A DNA stretch of 62,235 bases, filler included, from Choristocarpus tenellus KU-1152 (lineage: Eukaryota > Protista > Phaeophyceae): the NCBI GenBank assembly GCA_964200185.2. It is 10 parts of 10 records of this genome, joined end to end, with 100 filler letters (N's around TTAATTAATTAA, not from the genome) between each part and the next. Parts side by side here need not be neighbours in the genome. Positions count along the whole stretch, not along the records: positions 1 to 14,944 come from CAXNAD020001090.1; 9 more parts are not named here. One strand, written 5' to 3'. Positions 1 to 13,646 of this stretch are shown here, piece after piece (the first letter of the stretch is position 1; every line of letters begins with the position of its first letter). Position numbers and translations under genes: made by a program. A model generated the notes under the pieces. The model did no database searches, had not been told where the DNA came from, and saw only the letters and a list, made by a program, of their open reading frames with translations.

Positions 1-100
1 GCATCAGGAGTCCTATACGTACATCAGTATCATCTATAGGCCCGTAGATTGGAGCTATACATCCTGTGGAGGTAAGCTTTGAGGGGCGCCTGTAACATAC
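1..100 (+). repeat. Unclassified dispersed repeat (family R5), copy 1
   Basis: GCATCAGGAGTCCT...CATCCTGTGGAGGTAAG...CTGTAACA recurs, diverged, at 29713-29818 (minus) and 56161-56218 (plus). Confidence 0.6.
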
Positions 101-103
101 CAA

Positions 104-1110
104 CCAACTTTCTACAAAGCTCACCGAAGCGGGCTTCGCAGTCAGCAGCTCAAAGCTTCATCACTGACTTGAAGGCATGGGGGCAACAAGGGTTCAGTGG
201 CGCGTCACCCCTAGCCTTTCGTCTTCTCACAAGAAGAACAGGGTGTGGACTTCATCCTCGACCAGATCTCCTGCAACCACAAAACCTGCAGGACTGGCGG
301 CTCAAAGTATGTGGGGGTGTGTGGCGGCTGTTGATTGGGGCTCATTGTTCCATATCACAATTATTGGGTGATTTGGTTGCATGTGTCGGATGGATAATGT
401 AAGTACACTCTTCCTAGTCAGGGTCCAAATGGACGCCCGGATGTAGACCCCCCCCCCCCCTCCCCAGATACTTTGAGCCTGGCCTCAACACTACTCACAT
501 CGACAAGGTGTGGTTTTACCTCATCTGTGAAAGAGATGGTGGGGGGAGGAAAAAGTGGGCTCGGCAAAGGTGCAGCACAAGAGTCACATTCATAAAGTCA
601 TGTTCATTTCCCCCATTTCGCACCTGGATCCTTCCCATGGTTTCAACGGCAATATCAGGATCTGGTCGGTTTGTGTCATATAGGAGATGTAATGGAGTAC
701 AGCACAGCACATGAAGGGCGAGGAGTACGAGGTCAATGTCATCATTGACACTGAGTGGTACCTGGAGTGGTACACGGAGCAACTGTTGCCAGTGATGAAG
801 AAAAAAACGCCGTGGCTGGAATCGGAGGGGGCCAAAATACAACAGGACGGCAACCCTGCATATGGGCAAGGGCACGGTGCAGATTCTGGACGCAGCAGAG
901 ATGGAGGAGGGATGGGACATTGAGCTCGTGACACAGCCAGCGCAGTTGCTATATCTGGGGAGTTTTGCAACTCTGAAGAGCAGGGCTTGGGCAGAGCGTT
1001 CGAGCACCATTGATTGACTTGTAGAGGGGATTTCAAGCATGTTCCACGCGTACGACGCAGACATACTCAAAAGGGCGAGGCAGAATCTAAGAGGTACAAT
1101 CAGGTGTTAA
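104..1110 (+). mobile_element. Degenerate Tc1/mariner (DD39D plant-mariner-like) transposase, interrupted by a MITE at 299-479
   Basis: Across stops and frameshifts it reads PSLSSSHKKNR..DFILDQI, HIDKVWFYL (cf. HIDEKWFY), KVQHKSHIHKVMFI, WYTEQLLPVMKKKTPW, IQQDG, GWDIELVTQPAQ, LKSRAW. Confidence 0.8.
299..479. mobile_element. MITE family R2 (~180 bp), copy a, 4-bp TSD TGGC
   Basis: TIRs GGCTCAAAGTAT / ATACTTTGAGCC; TGGC at 295-298 and 480-483; homologous to 31460-31629 and 32950-33128. Confidence 0.85.
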
Positions 1111-1994
1111 GGGCAGCGGGAGGGAAGGTGGGCTAGATGAGTTGAAGCAGAACAAGTGGCCTCCGTGGCGGCCCTGCATTGGTGGGTTGATGGTGTCGAG
1201 TAAAGGCGAGACATTGTTTTTGAATCTAAAATATTCCAAGGATTCCAACACAAAGGTCCGTTTCATAATCGGAGGTCATCCCAAGAGCTACAACCTAATG
1301 GCCCAAACATATGGGACAGAGGGAGTACACAACACAATTGTAGTCCTCATAACGAAGATTAGACGCCTACACCAACCTGTAAAAATAGAGGCAAAGAAAC
1401 AGACCACCAATTTCATGCTACACTGACAAGCAGGGGGCGTACGCGACCAAGCAAAGGGAGTGACATAAAGGTACTGCCTATTTACAGGTCACGCTCTTGT
1501 TGAGAAAAGTAGGGTACTACCCTACATGAATAATACAGTATGTATTTTCTGTTTGGGAAAAATGATGGAACGAACAGAGAGGATAGTAGGTGCCTGCCTG
1601 CAATGAGCTGCTTCAAGCATTTGCCTGTTTGTAGGGTATGATGGTTTCAAAAACATAACCTTCACAAAGATTGTCAGCTTTTTGTATCTTCTATTATCAT
1701 TCCAGATTAGTGATGACAACAAATGATGAAAGACTGATGCATGCTGAGCATCATATTCTCGTGGAAGAGTAGTTGATATATCTCTAGACTATATAGTCCA
1801 ACACATACTTTCTATATATATACTGTATGCCTACTTGCAGTGCAGTGATGTTACCTTGGCATTCATGAGGAAGTTAATGCACCAGATCTTGAAGTTTGCT
1901 TCAGTAATAATATCTAAATCGTCATCCAAGTGTGCGCGTCATCTCATTGCATAGTGTTGAACTAAAAACACCAGGTTTCTTGGTTGGGTAAATA

Positions 1995-2152
1995 ACAGCC
2001 AATTTCAAAAATTGAGGATGGAGCTTGACCCAAAATTGACTGGGATAAAGTGTCGATATGATTTTTTTTTTAAATGACAATACAAAAAAAACATACACTT
2101 TATCCCAGTCAATTTTGGGTCAAGCCCATCCTCAATTTTTGAAATCGGCTGT
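1995..2152. mobile_element. Foldback MITE (family R3), near-perfect ~60-bp inverted arms, TA flanks
   Basis: ACAGCCAATTTCAAAAATTGAGGATGG..TTGACCCAAAATTGACTGGGATAAAGTGT is mirrored at ~2094-2152; TA at 1993-1994 and 2153-2154, as expected for a Tc1/mariner-type TSD. Confidence 0.8.
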
Positions 2153-2858
2153 TAAATGTCAGTGTGCTCACCGACGAGGATTTCACACGATCATTTCTTG
2201 TCATGGATGGGCACAAAATGAGTCAAAGTGTTGATAGTCTGGTAGTCTTTACAGGTGCACACTCCTTCAAAACCTTTGCGCTTCCAGCCTGGCCAATGTC
2301 AAGTGGGGAGGTCATTCAATGCTGCTGGAATTGAGTCATACTACCATCTACTCCAGTATATTTTATACTGGTTCAAAGTACATGGCAAAGTATAGGTACA
2401 TTGACGATTTGTGTATGACCTCTGAATAATGTTGCATAAATACTGGTGTGGATAAGGCAGTCCACAAAAGATGCTGATACAAGCGTGTCTCAACTTCTGT
2501 TCACTAGAGATATAAGCTGTGATTCATTTCAACTTACAAAATGGATGGGAATGGTACATTAACGGTGTGTGATACTGCTGTGCACAGAAGAAAATCCTGG
2601 ACTTCATACAATCGTATTCAGCAATATGTACAATGGGCTTCAAAATAGCACCGAAATAAATACAACCGTGAATATGAAGGTATCCCATATGGATACGCGA
2701 AGAAAATAATATTTCCGGTCAGGCAGTCGTACTTCTTACGCAGGTTACCTCAATTCTTGACAAGTCTTGAGTCCTGTTGGCTTGGGTACAAAAATCAAAT
2801 GGCATTTACATCAACACCATCTTCCCCAGATACCAGAAGCATATTGTAATCAAAACTT

Positions 2859-5800
2859 CTAAACCTTGTTCCGTTTTGCCAACATTTGCAGCACGGTATC
2901 CTCTTGCTCCTCCAAAGTCACCTCCTTCTTGGAATATCCCTGCTTGCCATCTATTCCCCTCTCCCCCATCTCTGATTCACTCTCGCCATCAGACTGTGAC
3001 ATATAGTCAGACCCCTCACTATCATCACTACCAGATCGCTCGCCATCAGACAGAGACCCCAACGTTGCAAGCTGAGTAGCCTGGTTGTCATTATCCCCTT
3101 CCTTCTGTACCTTCTGTACCTTCTCCTTGCGTCTGCGTTTGAGGTGCTTATCTCGAACACGCTCACGGTCCCTGGCTTTGTCTTCCTCTGAAAAAGCACA
3201 AAGTCACACCGGCATGTAAGGTAAGCAATCAACACATATGCCCTAGACAATAGAGATAGGTGGGGAGGGGAAACAGCTAGAAACAGCCATCAATACAATC
3301 AAGGCGGGCAATCATTGATAAAACAGAGCAGTCAGGGGGACTCTTGAAATAAAATCGAGGGGAAGATGTTGTCTGTCTACACTCAAGGCACCTTCAGTAG
3401 TCACATACACTCGCATGGAAAATGACACAATTACAATTGGAACACATTAGACAGTGTAATGTAACAGTAACACTTTGAGCACCTGCATTGTAGTATATAC
3501 ATCTTGTGTGGCAGTGCCGTCAATCTATTTATTAGTACCATGGATAGTCAGCTAAAGGTAGGCAGTAGGAATCAATACACTTGCGCAATGCCATAATACT
3601 TCCAAACAATAATCAACAATGATGCACGCAATGCCCACAGTGGTCAGAGTATCCACACATCTCTTCACATTTGGAGGCAACGTGCCATCTACCCTCCTTT
3701 CACTACAGGCAGGTAGTTACAACCAACAGATCGTACAACCAACACATTGATAGACACCATTGTACCTACAATACATAACCACCACCTCCGATCTACTGCT
3801 TGCATTAGTCATTTCCATCACATCCCTTTACAAGATCAGCAGAATTAACCATTTCAACAAGAATAATAATGATACCAACACACTTGAACATGTTTCATGA
3901 AACACTCTGGCACTCACCCTGTACAGCACTCAAACGTGCCCTAACTCTCTCTACATATTCTGCACTGGCACTTGGCAAGTCATCTATGCCCTTGCCCAGC
4001 TTTCTTCCACCGTCTTGAGCAAACCTCTCCAGGGGTGCAAGGTTCTCCTGAGAGGAAGAGATCAAGGAAATGTTTGGCTAATGTATTTGGAGAGGTTTGT
4101 GTACAATTAATATACAAGGGCAACTAAGACAAGCAACTCAGTGTACAGTGCAATAATCGATACTTTGAAGAGGTAAATACAATATTACTACCATGACCCA
4201 CTGGAAATCCCACCCCCACCCCATTACTGTTAGTACAACAAGAACTACAGTTGAATCACAACTGTGCTTATCGCTTCAGTACCAGAGGGTGTTTGCAACA
4301 CTACTGCAACTCTATACAATTCTTACCCACAGTACATAAAGGGATTTAAAAGTACTTTCAATAGCACATATACATGTTTTTGTAAGAATAAGTAGCGCCT
4401 CCCCAAGAAGCATATCAATGTATAAACAAAGCAAAACAATACTGTAGACGCACCACAAAGCCCTTTCAAGGCACATACTAACATTCCGTGGCATGACCCA
4501 ATCTTTGCCTACTTCAAACAACATTCAGAGTACTTCAAAAGTTTACACGATACAATCTGGGCATTCTAGTGTTGTGAATTGAGAGTATACACGGTTATAG
4601 TTAAAATGGCTCGAGTTTTCTTCATGTACTCAATTTTCATTGAAACGTGAACACATACATATATTGAGCTGTGTGAAACCCCGATCTGTGAGAGTAGAGT
4701 GTGCAGGGTGCATTCATGCAAAAGAACAACCAGTCAGAAATTATCTCTCAACGCTTGGTCGATAAATCATCACTGCAACAATTGAATCATATAGATTCGT
4801 TCACAACACTCAAACAATAGAGTGTTGCCTTGTGTAACTATGTATGAGTGGAAGTTATTTCAACGTGCTGAGAATGCTAGTAGTGTCACCAATATTCCTG
4901 ACTGTACTTGCCTCAGTGATCACACAACAATATCTTAACTAAGGCCATCTAAGGCCATCTAGAGTCAAGAAGATGAGAAAATCAAAGAGCAGACACAACG
5001 AAAAACATCCTCTCCCATTAGGAAGAGTACAACGAATTTGCTCACCACCTAGGAAATCTCTCTCTACATAGCAGAATAGGCATTCCACCACAAGCAGCCA
5101 AATCACAACCAGAGATCCTATGAGCACCTGATAACTAAAAATACAAACTTAAACACCATAGTCTCCTCACCACCTTCCACTACCAACTGATGTCCACTCA
5201 CCATCTCTACACCATTGTCATCAAACAGAGTCTTACGTGCCCCTGCAGCAACAGAATCCACCGATTTCCCATCACGCAATATGCGCATCTTCTTCTTCCC
5301 TTTCCTAGAAGACAATGACTCCACACCCATCTCATTCCCCCATTCATCCTCTCCCCCCTCATCTTTCAATGCAGCATCCAAGTCCCTTTTCTTCACCAGT
5401 ACCAATCCTCCATCCTCCTCAGCTTCGCTTTCTCCATCACTTTCCCCTCTGTCCTCCTCCCTACCCATAAGTGAATCATGCAGTCTCGGCAAAGATCCTT
5501 TTGTTGGAGGTGCCTGATTGGCCGAGGATATTGTTCCAGCCTTTTCCTCCCGCTTCAATATACACAAAATATGTAAGACATGAATACAGACAAAGCAGCC
5601 ACCACACAGGTACAGCACAGTGTACCAGGACTCGTATTATTTTTTGTAGGGACAAAATGCTTCTATTATTAATGAACCTGGTAAAGGCGAGGATTGTTTG
5701 GAACAGCTGCTGCTCATGTGTCACTGCAACAGGCAATACGCAGTGCATTGATGATGGAAAACCACGGCATGGTTGAGATAAAAAAAAACGAAATGAAGAA

Positions 5801-8800
5801 CAAGAGGCAAGGGCACAGAGGGTAAACTGCACAAAAAAAAAATAGTACAAAGAAATGAAGGAACCAAGAATTGTTCGATTTTTCCTCCCCGACTTCAGTT
5901 GAACATGGTTGTCCTCAGGATTGGCTGTATCACCAAATTGGCATAGTGAACCATCTGAAGGCACCTTATTAATGCAGCTAAAATCAATTCAACTTGTTCA
6001 CACTGTTGAGAAATAGCCATCACAATCCAGAGCTATCCGCAGTCGCATCACTACAAGAGCAGAGGAGAGAGCAGCACTTACCTTACCTCCTCGTCCTGTT
6101 ACATTAGTTTGCCAAATCCCGCGCCTGGTGAAAGGTAAAAATCAGTCTCAAGTAGTATTCACCTCTGCCAGCACAGGAACAAAACACACTAAACCATTAC
6201 AGGACATCTCTACACTCACAACCTTCTCACGAACCTCACCAACTCCAACATCCCCTTTAATGACACTGTTCTTCCTTACCACAATTCACCACTGCACCTG
6301 CCTGCACAAAAGAGGACTTGGAAAGGCATCGGATAATCTCTCTCTCACCTCTAGTCGCTTGCGTAGCTTCTCAGCCTTGATCTGCTCTTTAAGCCTCTGC
6401 AGGGATCGGTTGACATTCTTCTTCTTTCGTTGCACCATACGGGCCTCCTCCACATCCTCCCCTCCCCTCACCTCCACCCCCCCCTCGTTGCCGCCCACAC
6501 TGAGACCAGCTACACGTGGTGCAGTCAAGAGACCAAGTGACACCGCAAACTCCTCCAGTGGTAGCTCTGAGATACGAAATATCTATTTTCATAAAGGGAA
6601 TGCCTCAGCATCAGAGAACGGCGGGGAATCGAATCTAAATGAATCAAGCATTCAATCTAAATGAATCAAGCATTCAATCTAAATGAATCAAACATTCAAT
6701 CTAAATGAATCAAACATTCAAACTCGTAGGTATTTTCGAGTGATGAAAAGAATGTGAACCCTCCCCTTACACCCTCGCATTTGTTTTTTCTTTTCATAAG
6801 AGTACAGTGAGAACACAAAGGGAGACAAACATTCTCCAACAGCACAAGCAATAGCATGCAACATATACAACACAGATCTGACTATTAACAGCAACAAACA
6901 TTAGAGTCACTCCCAACAATACAATGCAGGAAAAACACCAAACATGGCACAAGATAGGACAAGATAGCACAGTAAGTACACACTGTCATGCACTCAACAA
7001 TGAGAGGTGAGAAGTCAGCGGTGGGTTGAAAGGCTGACCTCTTTGTTGTGCATAAGTTGTATGGACCGGACATACGACGTGAAGGCTTTCTCAGCCAGCC
7101 TCTTCTTTTCAGGATCAGCTGCCACTGCTGCAGCTGCCTTCTTTGGTACAGATCCTGACATGCGAACCTGACATTGAGTGTTGTGTGAGGTGTATCTGTG
7201 ATATTAATGCATGCACAGTAGTGCAATGTGTCATGCACTTACAATCATAAGTACAACGTTAAACAGCATCGGCGAGAAGTCATTGCCTGGGTCACATGTC
7301 ATCTTGCTGACTCACTGAATAACACCTTATACATGCATGCATTGCCAGGGTGTCAATCCATCAAGGTACTAATACACACACGCAAAATCTCACTCGTGTT
7401 AATGTGTAAGGGCCAGGGCAGGAGTATTAACATTAATAGTGCATTTGTTCAATCTGGTGAATTACAATACAATTTGTCATACTGGGATAGGGTTAGGGTT
7501 ACTGAGTATCACATATCATGTTTACATATCTCAGCTTCTGTTTGGTATATATATCTGATGACTTGTTGCTTGGACAGGAACTGGATCCTTTATAGCAACA
7601 TGTAATAACTATATATCAATTTTGGAAGACAAATGTGTGTACCCTTACTCCATCCTCAATTGATATTCATAAAAAAAAAAGCTCAGGTTGAAAAATGCAT
7701 AATCACAGACACAGTGAAGCCTATTTTATGTACTTATTAGTACCCTGCCATACCTTGTCGGGGTTGATGGTGAGCTTCTTGATTGGGATGTTCTTTGGAG
7801 CCAGAGCAGATAGCATGCCATCCTCCTCTGAGGGGAGCAAGATCAAAAGTGCCCGTCCTCCACTCTTCAAAGCACAAGTCCAGATCCACATAGGACAAAA
7901 AAGTCAGAAAGAGGTATATACCTCATGGAAAAGGTACTTCAAAATGCCAATGCCACTTACTCCCAAGAGGTACAACCAAACAAAGAGATAAAAGAACACC
8001 ATGACATGCAGTGCCACGCCATGATTATACTCATGCAGTCTTCAACTCTGGAGCACTTCACACCATGTACTAGAAAAAGTGCGCATCACAGCAATCATAA
8101 GCATCATACTCATGCCACTCGTGACGTGGCAGTCATAGTCATAGTTACAGTTGACTATCCTCTTCAAGACTTGGGCGCTTCCATCTATCACGTTCATGCA
8201 CTCTGTCAAGTACAACACATCTACCCTGAGCACACCACACCGTGTCTTGCACCTATAAGCAGTGCAATTCCCCGATATCCACTTCAAAGCAAAAAGGTAC
8301 TGAGTTTTAGGTATGGCTTGAACTCAGTATACAAGACATCAAATATGTTCCTGACTATCAATTGTCAACAATACACTAGTGTTTGTGCATATCATATCGA
8401 GCGCTCATCAAGCAACAACGAACGAACTCCTGGAAAAAACACTTGGCCCAGTAGACCTCTAGGTGGTGTAAGAAGTAAGAAGTCCCCAATATACTCTCTT
8501 AATTAATACTACCTCTATGAGGCATGCCTCTAGCTGGTGTTGACTCAACTCCATGGTGTCGACTCAACAAGGGCTAAAACAAATATTCTATACTTGATCC
8601 CACACAGAATATCTCCTACTTTTCACTCACCGTGTACCTGGCTGTCCGTCCCACCCTGTGTATATACCCCTCTGCATCCTCTGGTGCATCAACCTGTTCG
8701 ATTTCATATCATTATGACACATTATCAAAACCTGCATGTCAACCAGTGCTGAACTATTGCCATTGATATAGTACCTACTCCGGCTATTAAACAGTCCAGC

Positions 8801-11800
8801 AGGGTACCAAATCAAAGAATATGTTCATCATAATAGAAACAACACCTCACAGTGGACACTGCACAGTTACTCTGTCTTATTCCTCCCACACAGAGGTTCT
8901 TAATATTTTGAGCGCTTTTTGAAGATATATTTCCACTGCACTACACTATTTCCACTACACTACAATTCCCACCAGCAACCACACCACCTTGAAGTTTGGG
9001 AAACGCCAACTCTATAAAGACTAAGGGCAATTCAACGTACACCTTGGCACATAATTCCATTCACAACTACCTTACACATAACACACTTTTTTGGGGCATG
9101 GGAAGGGGAAATGTGGCCAAATTCCCAATGTTGAAGAAGAAAGAGTGAAAGACTCCTATCTTACACTGCTTGATGAGATGGATCCATTGCAGGGGTGAAG
9201 GAGTCTAGAGCATTGATTCACAGCAAGTCACACACAATAACTGCAGCATTCAGTCACAGCTTAATGTGCAAGTGAGTGTCTATGAGCGCAAAACAGTAAA
9301 TGTGAACAGCAGTACTAGGGTATTTGACACATAAAGGTACTCTTGCACAGATTCAGGTCGCAAAACCAGGAACAAGATATTCTGGTCCTAAACACTCTTG
9401 GGTGCTCGCTGCAGGAACTACTTGCGCAGACGCTTGGTGGCATAGCTGCCACCCCATCAAAGTGACAACATTGTCACCAACATGGACCAAAGTACGCTTT
9501 TAAAAAGATTGGAATGGCATAGAGTAACACCACCTTCAACAGTCAGACAAACCTCACGCCACTTAATTCGAAGGCGTGATGATGAAGTGAGCATCAACAG
9601 AATAGACCAACAATCGGGCTGTTGGCAAGTGCTGTACAATGTACCTTCACATACCCAAACAAGGTACAGATAAGATACATAGAGCGCAGAAGTTACAGGC
9701 TACAAAAAGGTACTCTATTGGATGTGTGTCGGTAGATACATTCGAAAACGGTAAAAGCAGTGGTGAAAAGCTATCATCCACAGCTCCAGAACAACAGACC
9801 TACTACAATAGTGGTTTGCAAAATCAAACAAACCAACAGTAACATCTACCAAGGGACGACATCGAACAAGCTCCAAGTACACGCCAAAATTTATGTAATG
9901 CAACAGCCCTAAAAATCGAAATAAACACAACTACCACAGGACACTCGCATCTCTTCCCAGGCAGGCTCCCAGTACCTGCTTGGATCGTGATCACACACTA
10001 TACTCTAGTAACTAAACTCAGACCTACTGCACAGCATTGTACATAAATATTGATATCAATGCAATAGTGTTAGTACCTGCATGACCCAGTCCACAGAGGG
10101 GAAGTCAAGTCCCCTAGCGGCAATGTCTGTGGCAAATAACACTGCTCCAGGCCTGCGTAAGAAGTCCAGGTATATCTGAGTGCGCTTTGCATGCTTGCAT
10201 TTGCCATGGAGGGCCAGTAATGGTGTCCCTGGTTGCAGTGCACAAAACAGTTCGTGCACAAACCGGACCTGTACCAGTGGAGTTACACACAGTGGACACT
10301 GAATAAACTTAGGTAGATGCACTAATGCCTCTGAAGCAGTCATGGACAGCAACAAGCTCCTAAAACCAAAGGGTTATCTGTCAGTCTGCTATTGATATTA
10401 TTACTGACTTTCCCCTTACAGGACAGTTGTGCTATTAGAATTACCATATCACTATTAATATCACCATTACCATTACCATTACCATTTCCATCACCATCAC
10501 CATCACTATTGCTATCAGTATAGATACTATAAATAATAATGGGTATTCAAAGCAATGAATAATACTGAAACCTGTCGCAAAAATCCCAACAAAGCAAGAT
10601 AAAAGGTGTTTGAGATTGATGAGAATCACGACCATCTCTCCTAAGATCAGCTCTCTCAGTTTAGTCTCTGCATGCAGTGCACGTCCACCTATATATATCA
10701 CACATCAACAAGGCAAAAGGCAATCGAGGATAGCAGGAAGTGTAGACCCATATCCAGCACTTCCCATTCAAAATATACCAACATCAACATCAAAAGTTGT
10801 GTCAAATAATCAGGTGATTTGGATATGGACACACATCATTAATTCTCTAGGGGACACTGCATGAACAACTATCTATAGTGCTGCAATCTCACTCCTACCA
10901 ACCACAAAGTGGAAAAATGGGTAAAATTACATCGCCTACAAACTTCAGGAAAGGCAAATCGTTCAAGACCTCTCAACCAATCGCACCATAGATACACTAA
11001 GCTGGAGTTGTCCCTGATTGTAAGATCACTAAAGACAGGTATACCTTACGACCAGTATATGAACACAAACCACCACCAGAAGGGTATGGGTCATCCACCT
11101 GAGCGCAGGAGCTAAAGAAGACGATCATCTTGCTCTTCAGGTGGGCTTTTATGAAACCAAGCACCACATCCAACTTGCGTTCCAACCCACACACTACGTA
11201 GTTCTGCACCAGTTTGGCAGGTGTGGCGCACTCGTCCTTCCCAGACCTCACAGCAACATACTGAACAGTAGCCTGGATAAGTCAATGGCAAAAGGTGGGC
11301 TTCCTTGCTTGAGTTTGATTGGCACTTTTGGAAAACATTTTGCCTTGGGAATACTGCATGTTGAATTAAGCAGCTGAGTAGAGTTATCAATACAACGTAA
11401 TGTCACGTAGAGTGCTACCCGGATTACAGAAACTATATTCCACAGGGCAATGGTAGCTATTGTAGACTATTATGCCAAACTATCTTATTTACACTCCCCC
11501 ATGAGCAAAGAAATGTAATGTCTTGTTGGTAACAGACACGTCAAGGTAACAACAGGCAGTAATGACCTACTAGTACAACCCACAGGCTACAATTCCACCA
11601 ATAATAACAACAGCTTCACACAACATTCTCCAACAAAATAATCAGTTCCCCTCTCAATAGCAATACAATGCCTAGTTGTTTCATACAACAATATTACACC
11701 ACAACTATAGCTTGCTACTGGTGCAATGTACTTTAAAGCAATATCAGACACACCATACACAACAACAATCACATGACTACACCATACCAGTCAGCCACAG

Positions 11801-13203
11801 ACAGGAGTATGCCCCTCAAATATGTCAACTAATACTATGAATATCCCACACCTTGTTTAAGGACAGCCGCGCCAGGTCACGAATGGACCGAGTCTGTGTA
11901 GCACTGAACAGCATGGTCTGTCTTGTGTTTGGGAGGTAGGATACAATCCCGCTCAGCTGCTCACTAAATCCAAGGTCCAATATGCGGTCAGCCTCGTCCA
12001 GAACCAGCACCTGCAATTTGAGGCAAACAAGAGTTGCAATTCATTCACCCACACTCACGAAGCCTTGGCTACTGTGAAGGCTACCACTTGGTCTCTTCCT
12101 ACAGCTCAACAGAAGCTCCTGCTGCAAGGAGAGCAGTACAATACATCATAAACCATACTGTTCCACAGTAGACGCCTAGAGCAATCACTCAACAATCAAC
12201 TTTCTAAGCAGGTTGCGTCATTATGACCAAGGTAGTCATAGGGATGCAAAAAGGGTTCCTAGCACAGGTACACTGCAAGTGATATTGACTGGACCTGCAA
12301 GAGGGAGACGTCAAAGCCGGGTGTCTGTTCGAGGTGTTGCAGCAAACGCCCTGGCGTAGCCACAAGCACGTTCATGCGTATAACGCGGAGCTGCTCCTCC
12401 TTGAACTCCTTCTTCCCACCAGTAACCAGACCAGCAGATAGCTGGTGGTATTTCCCCATCGTCCGCAGAACCTCGANNNNNNNNNNCCAATTCACGAGTG
12501 GGCGAAATGACCAATGCGGCAAGGCCGTCGCTGCTCGGCATTTAAGGCAAGAAGGATGTTCGACACATTCGGCTCAGACTTCCGTCAAAGAAGGCGAATA
12601 AGTGAGGTCATAAACGGAGAGCTTGATCAACATCTACTGAAAAAACTCCACCTAAATTCATGACGCAAGCAGTTTATGCTACGTTCCAGTGCCTTCATCA
12701 GTTTCGCAGGTTACAAACTACGGAAGGGCTTGCACGAGGAAAGTTGCTCACCCAAACGTAATACGACTTCGGTACAGCTTTTCCACAAGCGGTACCAGGA
12801 AAGCCAAGGTCTTTCCTGATCCTGTTCTTGCCGCTCCAAGTACATCACGTCCAGCGAGAGCGTGTGGTATAGCTGCCACCTGTGCCAGCATCAACCGAAT
12901 ACAACGTTACTTTTCTATCGTTGACCTGCTATACACTTGAACGGAAGCTGATACACAGGCTACATTAGACCATACCTGTATCTCGGTCATGGATTTGAAT
13001 CCCCCATCCTCTAGTCCTCGAATGGTGCGCGAACAAAGTGGGAGCGTGGAGAACTGTGAAGTGGCTTCGCCAGCCTCAGTGAAGGGTTGAGTTCCACGGG
13101 CTGGGGCCTCAGTCAACACTCGTCCTTCAAGCTCAGCCACCTCCTTCTCCTCATCGACTGGAGAATGTTGGCTTCCACGATGTGTTCGTTTTTTGGGACG
13201 CAT
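2859..13203 (-). CDS. DBP4: DEAD-box RNA helicase DBP4/DDX10, complete, 13 exons, ~820 aa
   Basis: Exons 13203-12976, 12879-12752, 12530-12295, 12010-11852, 11272-11099, 10268-10077, 8693-8631, 7864-7754, 7167-7039, 6582-6349, 5552-5202, 4047-3918, 3187-2859. All introns are GT-AG with consistent phases, apart from a 10-N gap in exon 3. Motifs: [86 protein letters not shown]-terminal [12 protein letters not shown]. Confidence 0.95.
6632..6721. repeat. 22-bp tandem repeat x4 (AATCTAAATGAATCAA[G/A]CATTC) in a DBP4 intron
   Basis: Directly visible; no spacers. Confidence 0.9.
9340..9790 (+). mobile_element. Possible highly degenerate Copia integrase-downstream fragment in a DBP4 intron
   Basis: [17 protein letters not shown]...YS resembles the Copia AYVHIPK..R.KL..RA.K...GYS segment; many stops. 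Confidence 0.3.
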
Positions 13204-13646
13204 CCTTTCTGTTTCCTTGTGGGCTATCGTGACTGTGGTTGAATTGTGGTGTCGAGATTTCAATGGGCAACCACTCATAAAGCCAGCTTAGTCCGTACGC
13301 CAATACGGATTCGATACTTACCTTCTTCTCAAAATCTGTTTGTCAAAAGTGTTTCGTAAGATAAATTCACCACATCGACAGACAGCCATACTCCACCCCT
13401 GAATTCATTTGGTTGTATTTGGCAGGTGGGTAAGATGAATCTATATCTGGTTGTGCCGTTTGAATTCAACTCGTACCCTCCTTGTCCATATCTAGGGTGA
13501 AATGTTTGATGCACACGCAACTAACATGCGAAGTACTTGAACTGCAACAACACAACTTCCCATCGTTCCTGATCATCCATGGAGCAGCCTGTTGCTTAGG
13601 GAGATTTTTGAGTAATTTTTCTGGAGAAAACCCTCCATCAAGACCG
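13204..13646. promoter_or_regulatory. Putative bidirectional promoter and 5' UTRs between DBP4 and BIO2
   Basis: 443 bp separate the divergent ATGs at 13203 (-) and 13647 (+) on one contig. Confidence 0.55.

Noticed and set aside
1700-1750. C/D-box-like motifs (TGATGA..CTGA) as a snoRNA
   Set aside because: Too short, with no terminal stem or identifiable guide. No tRNA or rRNA genes were recognised anywhere in the window.
6632-6721. 22-bp repeats as a CRISPR array
   Set aside because: No spacers, no cas genes, and located in a eukaryotic intron; a simple minisatellite.
12477-12486. Apparent frameshift in DBP4 exon 3
   Set aside because: It coincides with a 10-N placeholder; the conserved motif needs about 12 bases here, so this is an assembly artefact.
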